DNA of 64,000 nucleotides from Lingula anatina (taxonomy: Eukaryota > Animalia > Brachiopoda). The notes beneath the pieces are model-generated. The model was not told where the DNA came from. It worked only from the letters and a program-made list of their open reading frames with translations, and made no database searches. The stretch spans positions 12,066,651 through 12,130,650 of the forward strand of contig CM120647.1 in the NCBI GenBank assembly GCA_051362555.1, written 5' to 3'. Of this stretch, positions 50,431 through 62,150 are shown in pieces. Position 1 is the stretch's first letter, and the number at the start of each line of letters is the position of its first letter. The translations under genes were made by a program, and so were the position numbers.

Positions 50431-51399
50431 GTGGTTTCTCTTCAGATTTAATTCTTAGGCATGTTAATAGTCTTATTATGGAACTAATTAGATATGTAAA
50501 AGTGTTGTTTTGACATTCTGCTTCTTAATAATATTATTAGTTGATTATGTAAAAATGACAGTAAACCTGTTATCGTGCATGCTGTTATATAGTATCATAT
50601 CATTGCAGTTCGTCAGATTCCTTCTTTCACTAAGTTAAGAACCTCAGAATGGAGCAAGTTGGATATTTAAAATTGTTCCATTGATATCTTTCTTTTGACA
50701 ACATTTTTTAATTGATCATATAAAATATAAATGACGGTAAATTGATCATATTGTTTTATGTAAAAAAGGTGTTGAATTTTTTTTAACATATTTGTTTCTA
50801 CAATAAAGATATACATAATAAAAACATTCAAAGCATGCGGCACGTCGCCACAGCATTATGTGCTCGCCTGCGTTAATATAAGTCATAGTAACAAAATGAA
50901 TTAATTATATGATTATATAGAAGTAATGATAATATTTGTGATAACACTAATTAGTACTCATTATTGTAAAGGAGAGCAACAGGGAAGGGGGCATAGACAC
51001 GGGGCGATATATGCAGGAAGTGCTAGTTGATCAGCAGAGGGAGAGGGTCGGGAGGGTGAACTTATGAAAGCAAGTAAGCATTATCAATTAAGAACGTTGA
51101 AACAATAGCGAAAAAATTATCGTTCTGTCCCGTTGTTAACGTTTTGTGACCGTGTAGAAACAAAGAAATCTTGTCAAGCTGCGTTCTAAAATATGTATTG
51201 TTAGCACCCAGGATATTCTCAGTAGACAAATGAAAATCACGATACTTTAACTGCCTCAGTGGGCAATGGAAGAAAAAAATGGCGTATAGCCTCAGGTTTC
51301 CCACAGGAGCAGTTCGGAGAATTCACTGAGTTCCAATTATGGTTATATAATTGGGATTTGAACAAAACAATAGATCTACACGCGCACGGTTAAGACATT

Positions 51400-53475
51400 T
51401 TTCATTCTTTCTTTCTAACTTTAGGGTGGTGGTAGATAACGAACCAGAAAAGAGTTCGGATTTCAGAGAATGCTTAAGGACGCGACATTTAGGGCGTACT
51501 TTTGTTCGAGACTGAGACTATTCCATGAAGACACGAGTAAGTATTCAGGACCCTGGAATGTAAACTTAGCTTGGGTAATGTAATCTCTGTACGACGACTC
51601 TTGTTTGCGGGATTATTGGAGTTTCAAAAGACAGGGGATCTTCGAAACAGGCAAAGCACCCAAAACCAGCAGACCAGCTTGATAGTAAATAAAAGAAAGT
51701 TTAGAAAGATTCCTTTTAGTTGCTGAGTGATAGAGGATGTCGCAGTAATCAAGCAGAGACAGAACGTAAGCGTTATATAGTATATTCAAGTGCCTAGATA
51801 TGAGCCCATGGGGCAGGGACTTAAGAGGATTCAGGGCCTTTTGGGCCTTAGTAGCTAAATAACTTATATGCTCGGCACAAGACAGTTTTGAATCTAGTAC
51901 GAATCCGAGATGTTTGTGGAATGATTTCCGGGGTATCGTTAAATTTCAAAATATTAGATTTCTTTATTTATTTGCTGTAACCTTGGTAGAGAATATAACC
52001 CCACAACCGTATCAGGTTTGAACTCCAGTTTCCACCTGGTAGACCATTCCTCGAACTTTGAGAGGTCAGATTGAAGTGCATCGTGCAACTGGCTGTCAGA
52101 AGGGATAGAAGATTGAAAAATAGACGTGTCGTCGGCATATAGAAAACAATCTGAAGAAAGGTTGTCTGCTAGATCATTTATATATAGGAGGAAAAGTAGA
52201 GGACCGAGAATGCTACCTTGTGGAACACTAGTATTGATATAAGATTCTTTGGAAGATTCAGATAGCGTACCGTTAATACGGACTTTGACTTTTCTATCGC
52301 TCAAATAAGAGGATAATAGTGACAGTAGGTTACCTGTAATACCATAGGCTGACAGCCTGTATAATAATAAATTATGCGGGACTTTATCACAAGCGGCTGA
52401 AATATCAAGAAATATTCCTCTTACATCTCGGCCCTTTCTAAAATTAGATCTAATCAAATTTTGAATTGCCGTAATTGATGTTCAGTGCTATGACCCTTAA
52501 GAAACCCGTATTGTTTTTCAAACACTAAATTATTATTAACGACATGGTTAATCGTCCTCTTATATATAATTTTTTTCCAATTTTTTGATAAGACGCTCAA
52601 AAGTGACACTGGTCTATAGTTATCTATGCAACTTCTGTCCCTTTTCTTATAAATCGGGCAAATAAACGCCATTTTCCACAGGTCAGGGTAGGTGTTAGAT
52701 TGAATTATATAATTGAATAAAATACATAATGGTTTCACAACGACGTCTTTGCTTAGTTTTAACATTTTTATCGTCACCGAGTCCGGACCACTTGCCTTAG
52801 ATGCATCCATATCATGGATTATTACTTTGATCTCAGTGTCATTGACATCAATTTCTGACAAAATTGCATTTTTTTATTGGTGAAGTTAACTAATGCTGTG
52901 GATGTCACTACATCGGAATGGTACCTTTCTGAAAAATATTCTAGGAAAACTTTGGCCTTTTCTAAATCTGTGATCGCAATTTGACCAGTCGTATGGTTTA
53001 AAAGTGTTGGAATTGACGTAATGTATATATTTTGAATCCATAAGGCTATTAATAGTCGACCAAAATAGTTTACGACCATTGCCAGGTTTTTCATCAAGGC
53101 TTTCAATTAGACTGTTAAAGTAGGATTCTTTCATATCCCTTATAAGTTCCCTAACCAGCACAGACTGAGTATCATAACCGAGTATATTGCCACCCAGGTA
53201 CCAGTTCCGTGAGTGAGCGTTAAATTCCCCGTTGATGATTATTCCGTCAGATCGGGCTAATTTGGCTCTATAGAGACAATCAGATAATTGGCTTATACAT
53301 TGGTTTCTTTCATTTACAGTTTAGCTTGGAGATATGTTAACAATTCCGTACAAAAACGTTTTATGTTTAAGCTGTAGTTCAATCCAAAAGCAGGCCAACT
53401 CCGTGTTACATAAGTCCTCTCTTATTTTATATATCATGTCATTTCCCGCATAAATTATAAAGCCACGTCCCTTTT
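51400..53475 (-). mobile_element. Degenerate CR1/L2-type non-LTR retrotransposon (APE endonuclease + reverse transcriptase remnants)
   Basis: Frameshifted ORF pieces: CFWIELQLKHKTFLYG and GIIINGEFNAH (APE); KASGPD, NYRPVSLLSVLSK, QYGF, FLDISAACDKVPH, VPQGSILGPLLFLLYINDL, YADD, KHLGFVLDSKL (RT). Boundaries approximate. Confidence 0.9.
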
Positions 53476-54221
53476 CCGAGTATATGGTTACTCGTCCATG
53501 AACGGTGTACAGTGTAGCTTACGCATACGGTCCAAAACTACAAAAATATAAATAAATAAACAAGATTAAATAAATGAATTGTGAATGTAGTATATAATTA
53601 AGTAGAATGTAACAAAATTGAAATAAGTAATGGATTAATGCTTACTTTTTACGCCCCTGCTTATACATGTAGTTCATAACGTGTGTCCACCTGTGCCGTT
53701 CATTCGTTCAAAGTATTGTTCTTATAATAAGTGCGCATTACCACTCTGCGCCCATCCGGTGCATTTTCACTGGTAATAGCAGACTGTGCCATCTTTTGCT
53801 AGCATCCAACCACGCACAAACTCTGCTTAAAGACTTTATAAGGTAGGTCGACTCCTCAAATTTCAACCAAACAGCAGCCAAACTAAAGAAAGATACTCGA
53901 ACGTCCGAGCCTCCCTAATCCTTTGTGACCATTACATCATGTGACAAAGAATCCGTACCAAGTTGAAAATGGAAAACAACTCTTTTCAATACAATTATCT
54001 CTTTTTTACATTTGGGGATTTTCAGAGTGTGACTCTGAACTCTATGGGCTAGTCACATTTTTAAAATATCCATGATACTTTTATTTTATTATTAAAAAAA
54101 TGATGTTTATTATGCTGTTAAGCATTGTGTGATATTGCATCAAAATTGAACATAACCCTTTTTTGGGCACTAGTAGTATGGAATCAGGCTGACAGTTACT
54201 ATCGTGAAGAGTGACGTGAGG

Positions 54222-54378
54222 ATTGTTTGTTTGTCTGTCTGTCTGTTTGTTTGTTTATTTGTCTGTTTGTTTGTCTGTCTGTCTGTTTGTTTGTTTGTTT
54301 ATTTGTCTGTTTGTTTGTCTGTCTGTCTGTCTGTTTGTTTGTTTGTTTGTTTGTTTGTCTGTCTGTCTGTCTGTCTGA
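54222..54378. repeat. Compound (GTTT/GTCT)n microsatellite
   Basis: Direct reading. Confidence 0.95.
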
Positions 54379-54637
54379 TTATTATTTTTGGGGAAGGGGC
54401 AGTGGGGTGGGGTTTTGGCGGGAGAGGGAGGTGAAAACGGAGTCTGTGATTAAATATTCGGTTCATGGATCTTAAATATTTGAATACTTTTACCAATGAG
54501 TTTCAACAGAAAAATCCTTGCTTTTACATACAGGGGTAGGGTGGACCTTGATAATTAAGCGAAGATATTGAAATTTTCATGAAAATTATCTATCTTTTTA
54601 GGAATTAATTAATCAATTTATTATTTTTAGGTACGTC

Positions 54638-56212
54638 ATGGAGACGGATATTCCACCGGACGTGTGCTTTCTTGTTGGAGACAGAAGAGAGTCCATTTAC
54701 GCACATCGAGCCACATTGGCCTGCCAGAGTTCGGTTTTCCAAGCCATGTTCTACGGATCACTTCCGGAATCTTCTAAAATTGTGATACCGGATATAAGTC
54801 CAGATGTTTTTAAAGTGATGTTAAGGTGGGTCTCCAAACCATAATGGCAATAAACATGAACACTAGCCCCCCCCCCCCCCTCTCTCATGCTTGGTTGTCA
54901 TGAGTTGGTTCATGAATCTGTAGCACTTACAGTATATTCAAAGCAGTTGTAGTTATATGCCGGGAGTTGGTTTACGTTTACTGTGGCTATTTTTAAATGC
55001 CCTCTGCAATACTTGTAAAGAACAGTGTCTCTACTAGTAATGTGTCACAGAAGTAATGCATGGATCCTCTGTAAACGCCATTTTCTACTCCTTTTCATAC
55101 ACAGGTTCTTGTATTATAAGAAGACGGAGCTCAGTGGAGAAAATATAGTTCACGTGTTACTTGCCTCAAAGAAATATCTTATTCAGAGTTTAATCGGTGC
55201 GTGCAGGGAATATCTCCTCTCCAACATAGATACCGGAAACGCGTGCACTGTTGTGGAGGTGGCTTTGGAATTAGACGAGGAAGTAGTGCTTAAACCCTCA
55301 TTAGACTTCGTGGATCGCAACACTAAGGAATGCCTGCACTCGGACAGTTTTCTTGACTTGAACCCTTCGAATCTATGTGTAATTATAAAAAGAGACACCT
55401 TGAAGATAAACGAAGACGAGCTTTTCACATGTGTAATGAATTGGGCCAAGTACGCGTGCGAAAAATTCGGTCTAACGCAATCCGGTTTCGACAAGAGACA
55501 CGTTTTAGGTCGGAGTTTGTATCTTATACGTTTCGCTCTAATCAAAGTCTCGGTCCTGTGGGAATATCTTATGTCAGAGGAAAATGAAGGGTTACTTAAC
55601 ACCGAGGAATTGCAGTGTCTTAGGGGTGACCACTCAGGTTGTCGCCAGCGAGCAAAATTTGGAGAGTGTTTTTTCTCGTCTCGTCCTAGAGACACATTTG
55701 GTGACGTCATCAAGTGCACGAGGTTCACTACATACAGCGCACGGAAAAACATCGATTTTAACAGAAGTGAAATCAAAAACGACACTGAAGCACCAAGTCA
55801 ACACACCCTCTTTTCATTATCTTTCAAATGCAGCAGACCAATTCTGTTGACGGGCCTCGGTTTGTACACTGGGTTGAGCAATATAAGCAAATGCGGAATG
55901 GAGGTCAGAGTCGAAAACGAGGATGCAGGAGAAATGACGGCACAAGAACACCAAACAGCATTCGTTTTACTATTTCATGGCACAAATGAAATTCTGCTCA
56001 ATACTGGAGTTTATATTGACGCCGGTATTTGGCATACAGTTTATGTCAAACTTTCGGGACAAGTACTTGTCGAGGGTCAAAGCGATTTGTGTTCCTGCGT
56101 TTTATCTAAGGCAGGAAATACGTCATTCGAGTTTAATTATGACGCACATAAAAACAATATCCATGGACAAATTCCCTATCTTCTATTTAAAGAACAGAAT
56201 TCCAATGAATGA
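54638..56212 (+). CDS. BTB/POZ-BACK-PHR domain protein (BTBD1/2/3/6-like Cul3 adaptor family), about 431 aa
   Basis: Exon 54638-54825 (DVCFLVG...IYAHRATLACQSSVFQAMFYGSLPE...IVIPDISPDVFKVMLR) joins exon 55105-56212 (FLY...VLLASKKYLI...NACTV; BACK: SDSFLDL...IIKRDTLKINEDELFTCVMNWA...LYLIRFALI; PHR-like: LSFKCSRPILLTGLGLY...GQIPYLLF) across a GT-AG phase-2 intron. An acceptor (tttttag) at 54630 implies an unlocated upstream exon. Confidence 0.88.
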
Positions 56213-56556
56213 TTCATACATGTTTAATACATTACTGGACACACTTGAAATCAAAAGCTTATGTACCGTAGCATAAAATGCATTGCACAATTGTTAATTT
56301 GTTGCCTATAAACACTGCAGCAAGAAAGTATTAATGTTTCCTTAACATATGTCACTAAAAGAAAGCTATTGGTTTGTAATTGAAATGTGTAACCTCATCC
56401 TCAGTGATGATGGTTTTAATGAAGAAGTGTTCTGTACGGGGTATATTATGATATAAAAACGCATAAGACAATGTTCTGATGTCAGCTGTGAAGCCCTTTA
56501 ATACATATTGATTACGCAAATGTATGCTTGTCAGAGGAAGAGTCCGAAGTGTTTTT

Positions 56557-59500
56557 TCAACCACGTGAGGATGTCAAGAATTTAAAGGTTGGTCCTGCCG
56601 TGGGTCCTCTAATGTCCATGGTGGCAGGAACCGCTGCCAGAGCCTTTCCTTGCAGGGACAAGGCGTGCATTAAAGCAATGCAATCCCGAAGCCTGTCGGG
56701 TTTCCCCGAAAAGCTCTCCTGAAGACAATGTAAGAGATTCGTGTACATTCGGTCAAAAATGAGTGACATCGCAATCGCTCGGGGATTTCCTGCCAAATTA
56801 AGGGAGTTGGGATTATCAATTGTGGGCCATACGCCGTGTTTGTTAAAAGGGATGCGTGGTCCGGTGTATTCGTATTTAACATGGCATTGGATTTCTTCTT
56901 CCTGACGGACACTGTAGAGGTTGTGTTCGCATTTTCCATTTCCCTCTTTTTGTCCACTTTTACTCTGACCTCCGTGCGCGTTATTATTCCTAGCGTTCTT
57001 CTGTATCAAAGTCTCAAACGTAAACCGGTTTTTATTACAAGACTCACTGTTTGGATTCAGGCGTTCTTCAGGAAACTCCTTACCATTGTCCATCTTACCT
57101 GTGACGCGAATTTCTCTCCCCTGAACGATCTGTGCAAATTTATAATAGTGTGAAAGATCACCCTGGTCTCTTGTCAATGGCAAACACGCGTCCCCACCCT
57201 CCCCTTGTTCGGTTATCAGAGCAATGGCGTCTAGGGCCGATGACAGGTTGAAAATTGGAAAAGGTCTTATGCTTTCTCTCATACCGTACCAGAGGCTCTC
57301 GTTAATTTGATAACCCGGATCGCCCGTGAATATATCAATGTCTTTTTTCCTCAAATTGACTAGAAGGGATTTGATTCGGTTATAGAATGATGATATGGTA
57401 TTGCTGTAGTTAGATGACAAAGACTGGTAACAGTTCGTGCTGATGTCCTGATTCGATGCCTTCACTGCACTGTACTTAGTGTAGGGTTCGTGAGAAAGAG
57501 AACACGATGGAGGTGCTGCACTGTCCTGACAATCTGACTTCTCATGACCGGGAACAATATTACCGTTACTTCTGGAACAGCTCGCCGAAATTTCCTGGGC
57601 AGGTTTCTCCATTTCCATAAATACCGATTCAATGTATTCTATAGATACGTGCTCCAGGGAAATCAGTAGATCGGGGCGGACACCCCCGGGTAACTTGGTC
57701 GGATACTCGGGGACCACCCCGGGGGAGGTGACATCAGGTGCCCCGCCCACTGCGTTGAGGATATTAGCAACCAACACCATGTGCAGCATCTCTTGCACTA
57801 CAACACTGCGTATGATTTGTGCTATATAGGTATTACTCCCGTCCTTGATGGACATTAGGGCGGACAGATAAGGCGGTATGGTTGTGAACTCCAGCATCAG
57901 GGCCTGCTGTAGAAGTTGCCGAAGTTTGGTTACGGATGTTGAGTCGGCGCCAAGCAAAGGATTATCAAGCCAATTAAGTATCATTTCTTTCTTTTTTTGT
58001 GAAAGATCCCTCGTCACAGGCATGTGGTTTGGGTGGTGTAGGGGAAGATCAAGAACAAATCTGATCTTGTCCGCGTTTCTTACCACGCTTTCATAGTTCG
58101 TCAGCTCGAAGAATTTCCCCATTACAGGGTACAGTTTGCTGTAGGGTTCAAATATTGGTAACACGTGGTCGTACCACGTTGGAGCATTTGGTATGTCGTA
58201 TTCCTGAAACACGTGGATGCCAAGGACAAATACGGCAGAATCGCCTGATACTGTTTCGTCGGCAAGACCAGTGGTAACAGTGAAGTTCACATATAAAAGA
58301 TATAATTGAGACCCCTGCAAAACCACCCTATTTCTGTAGTCTCCGTTCTCTTCTATTGGGTCATGGGCTGTGATTTCAATGTAAGCGATACCATTTTCAT
58401 CAGTTTCCACTGGTTTCGGTAGCGACAGAGCCCGTTGGGGGATGCTAAAGCCAGGAGTACACGGGCCACATAACTGGAAAACGCTTGCGTCCCCTGTGTC
58501 CCCAAATGTCACGCTTATTGCAACACCTGAAATCGGGACACCAAACTTGCTGGCAAATACGGTAAAATTCCACCTGTCACCTGGATCTTTTTTAAAGGTG
58601 TTGTTGTACATGGCACCAACAACTATACCGTGGGCACGTTCGGCGAGGACAACCTGCTTACACTGCGACACGCTTATGAAGTTTTTGTCACCTACGTTGA
58701 CACTTTCATCAGCACCATTCTTTTTGTTCGTCAGGTTCATGTCACCGGGCAGTGTTATTCTGAACAGAATCATAGGAAATCTAGATACATCAACTACTTG
58801 GTCTTCAGAGAGGTCAAAGGTCACGACTCCTGCCGTGTCCTGATACCATTCCGGGGCAGAATAGTTCACCTCTGAAATAACACGTACGATATCATCACAT
58901 TGGGCCACTTCGATTGGGTCAAGGTCGCCGCTGAGTTCAAGGTCAGCAATCTTCCTCTTTTTGTAGACGCCGAGAGCAATCCTGCCTATCTTGTCAGGGT
59001 CAAACTGGCCCTCCATGGTCGTTCTCAGACTGTTCCCCAAATCAACGGTGAGCAATTTCAGTTCAGTGTTCAGAACAAAGGGAGCGTGGCAAAATGGAAG
59101 ACCAGCACACTCAATTTCTTCGGCACGTAGTATTCGGCTGCTGCGCATGTGTGGAATGGAATCGCTGGAGTGATGAGGGCCAATGGTGCCAGTCAACCGT
59201 CCCATCAAGAAGTCTTCACTGGTGGTGTTGAGAGCGCTGTCGAACATGTCCATGTTGAATTTGATTGACAGTGCCTGGCCACTGGCCTCCGAGATCTCGT
59301 CTAAGAAACGAGACTGATAGGTCGGGTCTAACCACTCGACGTCTCCGAGGACGGACTTGAAGTGCGCAGCCGCAGAGGCTGTATACAATGACGCGGTCTC
59401 AGCGCACTTAAACCAGAAATTCTGGCTGGGCGTTGGGATCATGGTGGCCCGGAACCCCCCAGGGATGTGTAGTGTAAGACCGTAGAGTGACGGGAGGGTG

Positions 59501-61471
59501 TCGCAGATGGTGTAAATATCTATCAGTTTGGCAGGCGAAGCTAGGAACCAGTCTTAGAGAGAAGAAGTTATATTAAGTTAATACGCATTTGCAAAAAAAT
59601 GTATGAAATTAATTCTGGAACTTACATTTAGCGACTAAACGATTTTGCGGTCTCATTGTTTCAGTGAAAGATAGAAACATGTACTCTAAGAAGAAGAAAG
59701 AGAGGAAGAAGTAGAAGAAGACGTACAAGAATGCACAGACCTAAACTATACGTCAGCAAACAGTTACGTGACAGTGTTAGAGAAAGCAAAAAAAGGTCTG
59801 GTAAACAAAATCTATTCTTTATAGTATTTCCAAACAATGTATTGTGTTAGAGAAGACAAGAGAATCCGATAAACACAATCTTTTCTTTTCAAATACCACA
59901 AGCGTATAACCTGCATATCTTGAAAGCACAATGCAACGTATCTCAATTTATTTACAATGCAACACAACATAAGTAATTATAAAGGAATAATAACCAAGCG
60001 TGAAACATCCGTCAGTTTTACCTTCCACCTTTTCTCCAACGATTGCGTCATTGTAGGTACACGTCCCATCGCCATAGCATACTGATGTCACATACGTCTC
60101 GTAAAATATAAAATTGCCACTTCCCTGGAATTAAGGAACAAGGCATTTCATGTAGAAAAGTGTTAAAAAAAGGACGTACGTAATTGTAAATAAGGCAGCT
60201 TATTTGCGTAACCGCCATATACGCATACTAAAAGAACACACCCGTCAGCCTACGCTACTGTTATTTTCTTTTTCACTCTCCCTAAACTAATATTAAGTGA
60301 TGAAATTTATGCCTTCCCTGTTGTGTTAATGAAACGTTTATAATATATTGTCCGAGGCTTTATATGTCTAAGGGTAGTTTGTGATGTATACATGTCTGCT
60401 ATCAACATTTTGATGCTACAATGTAGAAACCAAACGTGGATTCTGACATTGGCTGCCGAAACGCACGTAGGTCATGAGAAGCCAGAGTACAGAGATATTA
60501 CCTGAATATTGAACCCGTGGCGTTCGCTTGGGAGGCGGGGCCCATTGTAAAGGCTCATATTGAGGTTATATACGTAATTGTTGGAAGTTATGGGATCGAC
60601 ATAAAAACGTCCAGCAAAATGTAGGCGAGGAAAGCCAAGATAGGAGTAAATGGCATCTGAAAGTGATATAAAACGTCTACATATATATACGTCTGACATA
60701 CTGTAGAATCAACCTTTGCGCCTTCATCTAATAATACAGCTTTCAATGCAGATATAATGTATCACTTTATGACCCCATTCCCATACATAGATCGATCTAT
60801 CAGGATCGACCCATCTCCGAGGGATTTCTCGCTAAATTATATTGGCTTAAGCGACTCAGATGTCTGACACGCCTACTGATGCTGTTACGGGGTAATTAAC
60901 TATCGTGTAGCAGCTTTAATAGGCGTGCCAGACACCAAATCTCCTTAATCCGAATGTAATTTTGCAAGAATCCCCTCGGAGATTGGTCGATCCTGCTAAA
61001 TTGATCTAGGTATGGGAATGGGGTCTATGAAATAAGACATTGCCAGTGATAATGGGAAGATACATCTACCAGCAGACACGACCGCCTATTCTATGACAGA
61101 CAATTATTAACATTGCTATACTGCCGGATACAAGTACATACAGGTTATGTCTTAAAATGAAGGACACAGGGAAAAGAACATGTTGACTCATTTAATTTAG
61201 TGAATTTGATTACAAAAACTATGATGGGAAGCTACAGGACGTAATATGTAGACTTCAAAAACTGATTCTGGGTTTTCTTAAGGTGATGGATAGATAAAAA
61301 AAAGATAATGTCTCAGTTCATAAGCGTAAGTGACTTGTTAACGATATCAAACTGAAGACCAAGAACTGCTAACAAATATCATTTACCTGATCCATCGTCG
61401 GTGCGAAGACAGGGGAAGGAGGACACCAGCATTGTCACCATGAGGCCAAGGGTAACTGAAATAGTCCCCAT
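56557..61471 (-). CDS. VioB/RebD/StaD-like (indolepyruvate-imine dimer synthase family) protein with C-terminal ferritin-like domain and predicted signal peptide, about 1112 aa, 4 exons
   Basis: Exons 61387-61471 (MGTISVTLGLMVTMLVSSFPCLRTDDGS), 60502-60656 (SYLGFPRLHFAGRFYVDPITSNN), 60022-60124 (GSGNFIFYETYVTSVCYGDG...DAIVG) and 56557-59552 join in frame via GT-AG introns (phases 1,0,1; 3339 nt). Family-type motifs: N-terminal PRLHFAG; LYPVM...HMPVTRDLSQKKKEMILNWL; ferritin-like LQQALMLEFTTIPPYLSALMSIK...QEMLHMVLVANILNAVGG...FMEMEKP...TISSFY...EQGEG...SHYYKF. Exon 1 is the least certain. Confidence 0.85.
60771..61025. mobile_element. Palindromic MITE, same family as 15217-15426, in intron 1 of the VioB-like gene
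   Basis: GACCCCATTCCCATAC...GTATGGGAATGGGGTC, fold-back over most of its length, TAT on both sides, shared core GGGGTAATTAACT. Confidence 0.8.
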
Positions 61472-62107
61472 TGCTCTGCGTTTTCCCCCACTTCTGATAC
61501 CATATGACGAACGTGATGTTTATTGCTTTATTCCATTACAAATGCGTATTGTATGAATGTGATAGGTTCACGTATGTTACAACCCACATTCTATACGAAG
61601 AAACATGATCAAGTGTTCACGTTGCTAGAACTGAAAAGGCACCTTCAGTTATTTTGATTGCTCTTATCATCAGGTTTTTAGATGGTTGGGCCTCTCGTCC
61701 GTCACAATCATATCCCAGGTCGTAGATTGCTGAGCGGGCAACCTAGCTACAATATCAATTATTCAGTTATATTAAGAACGACGTACTTTAGACCCTGTTT
61801 ATCATTGCCCGTGTGAATGTGACTCTCCATATAGACAAATGCATTTAACATCCTTAATGAATAACAACCATTGGCAAGGATTAGCTATAATTACACTTCA
61901 TTTCAATAAAGCTTACAACGGTACGTTTGATATACGGACATAATTAGAAATGATAAAAAACACCATTATTTGTTATTAATATACCCGAACAATATGGTAG
62001 ATGGAAGATACAATTTTACACTGTATCATTACAGATTATTTGATTGTCTGTATGAAATATAATTTTGAATGATTAGAAATTCTATTTTCTTTCTCCATAG
62101 CATATTA

Positions 62108-62150
<43 letters not shown>

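Noticed and set aside
54204-54496. CLFV/CLSV repeat ORFs
   Set aside because: Translations of the (GTTT/GTCT)n microsatellite.
55183-55785. 200-aa ORF antisense to the BTB gene
   Set aside because: Shadow frame with no recognisable motifs.
56557-59552. Bacterial contamination as the explanation for the VioB-like ORF
   Set aside because: The family N-terminus is split by phase-consistent GT-AG introns, a host MITE lies in intron 1, the neighbour is an animal BTB gene and there is no operon.
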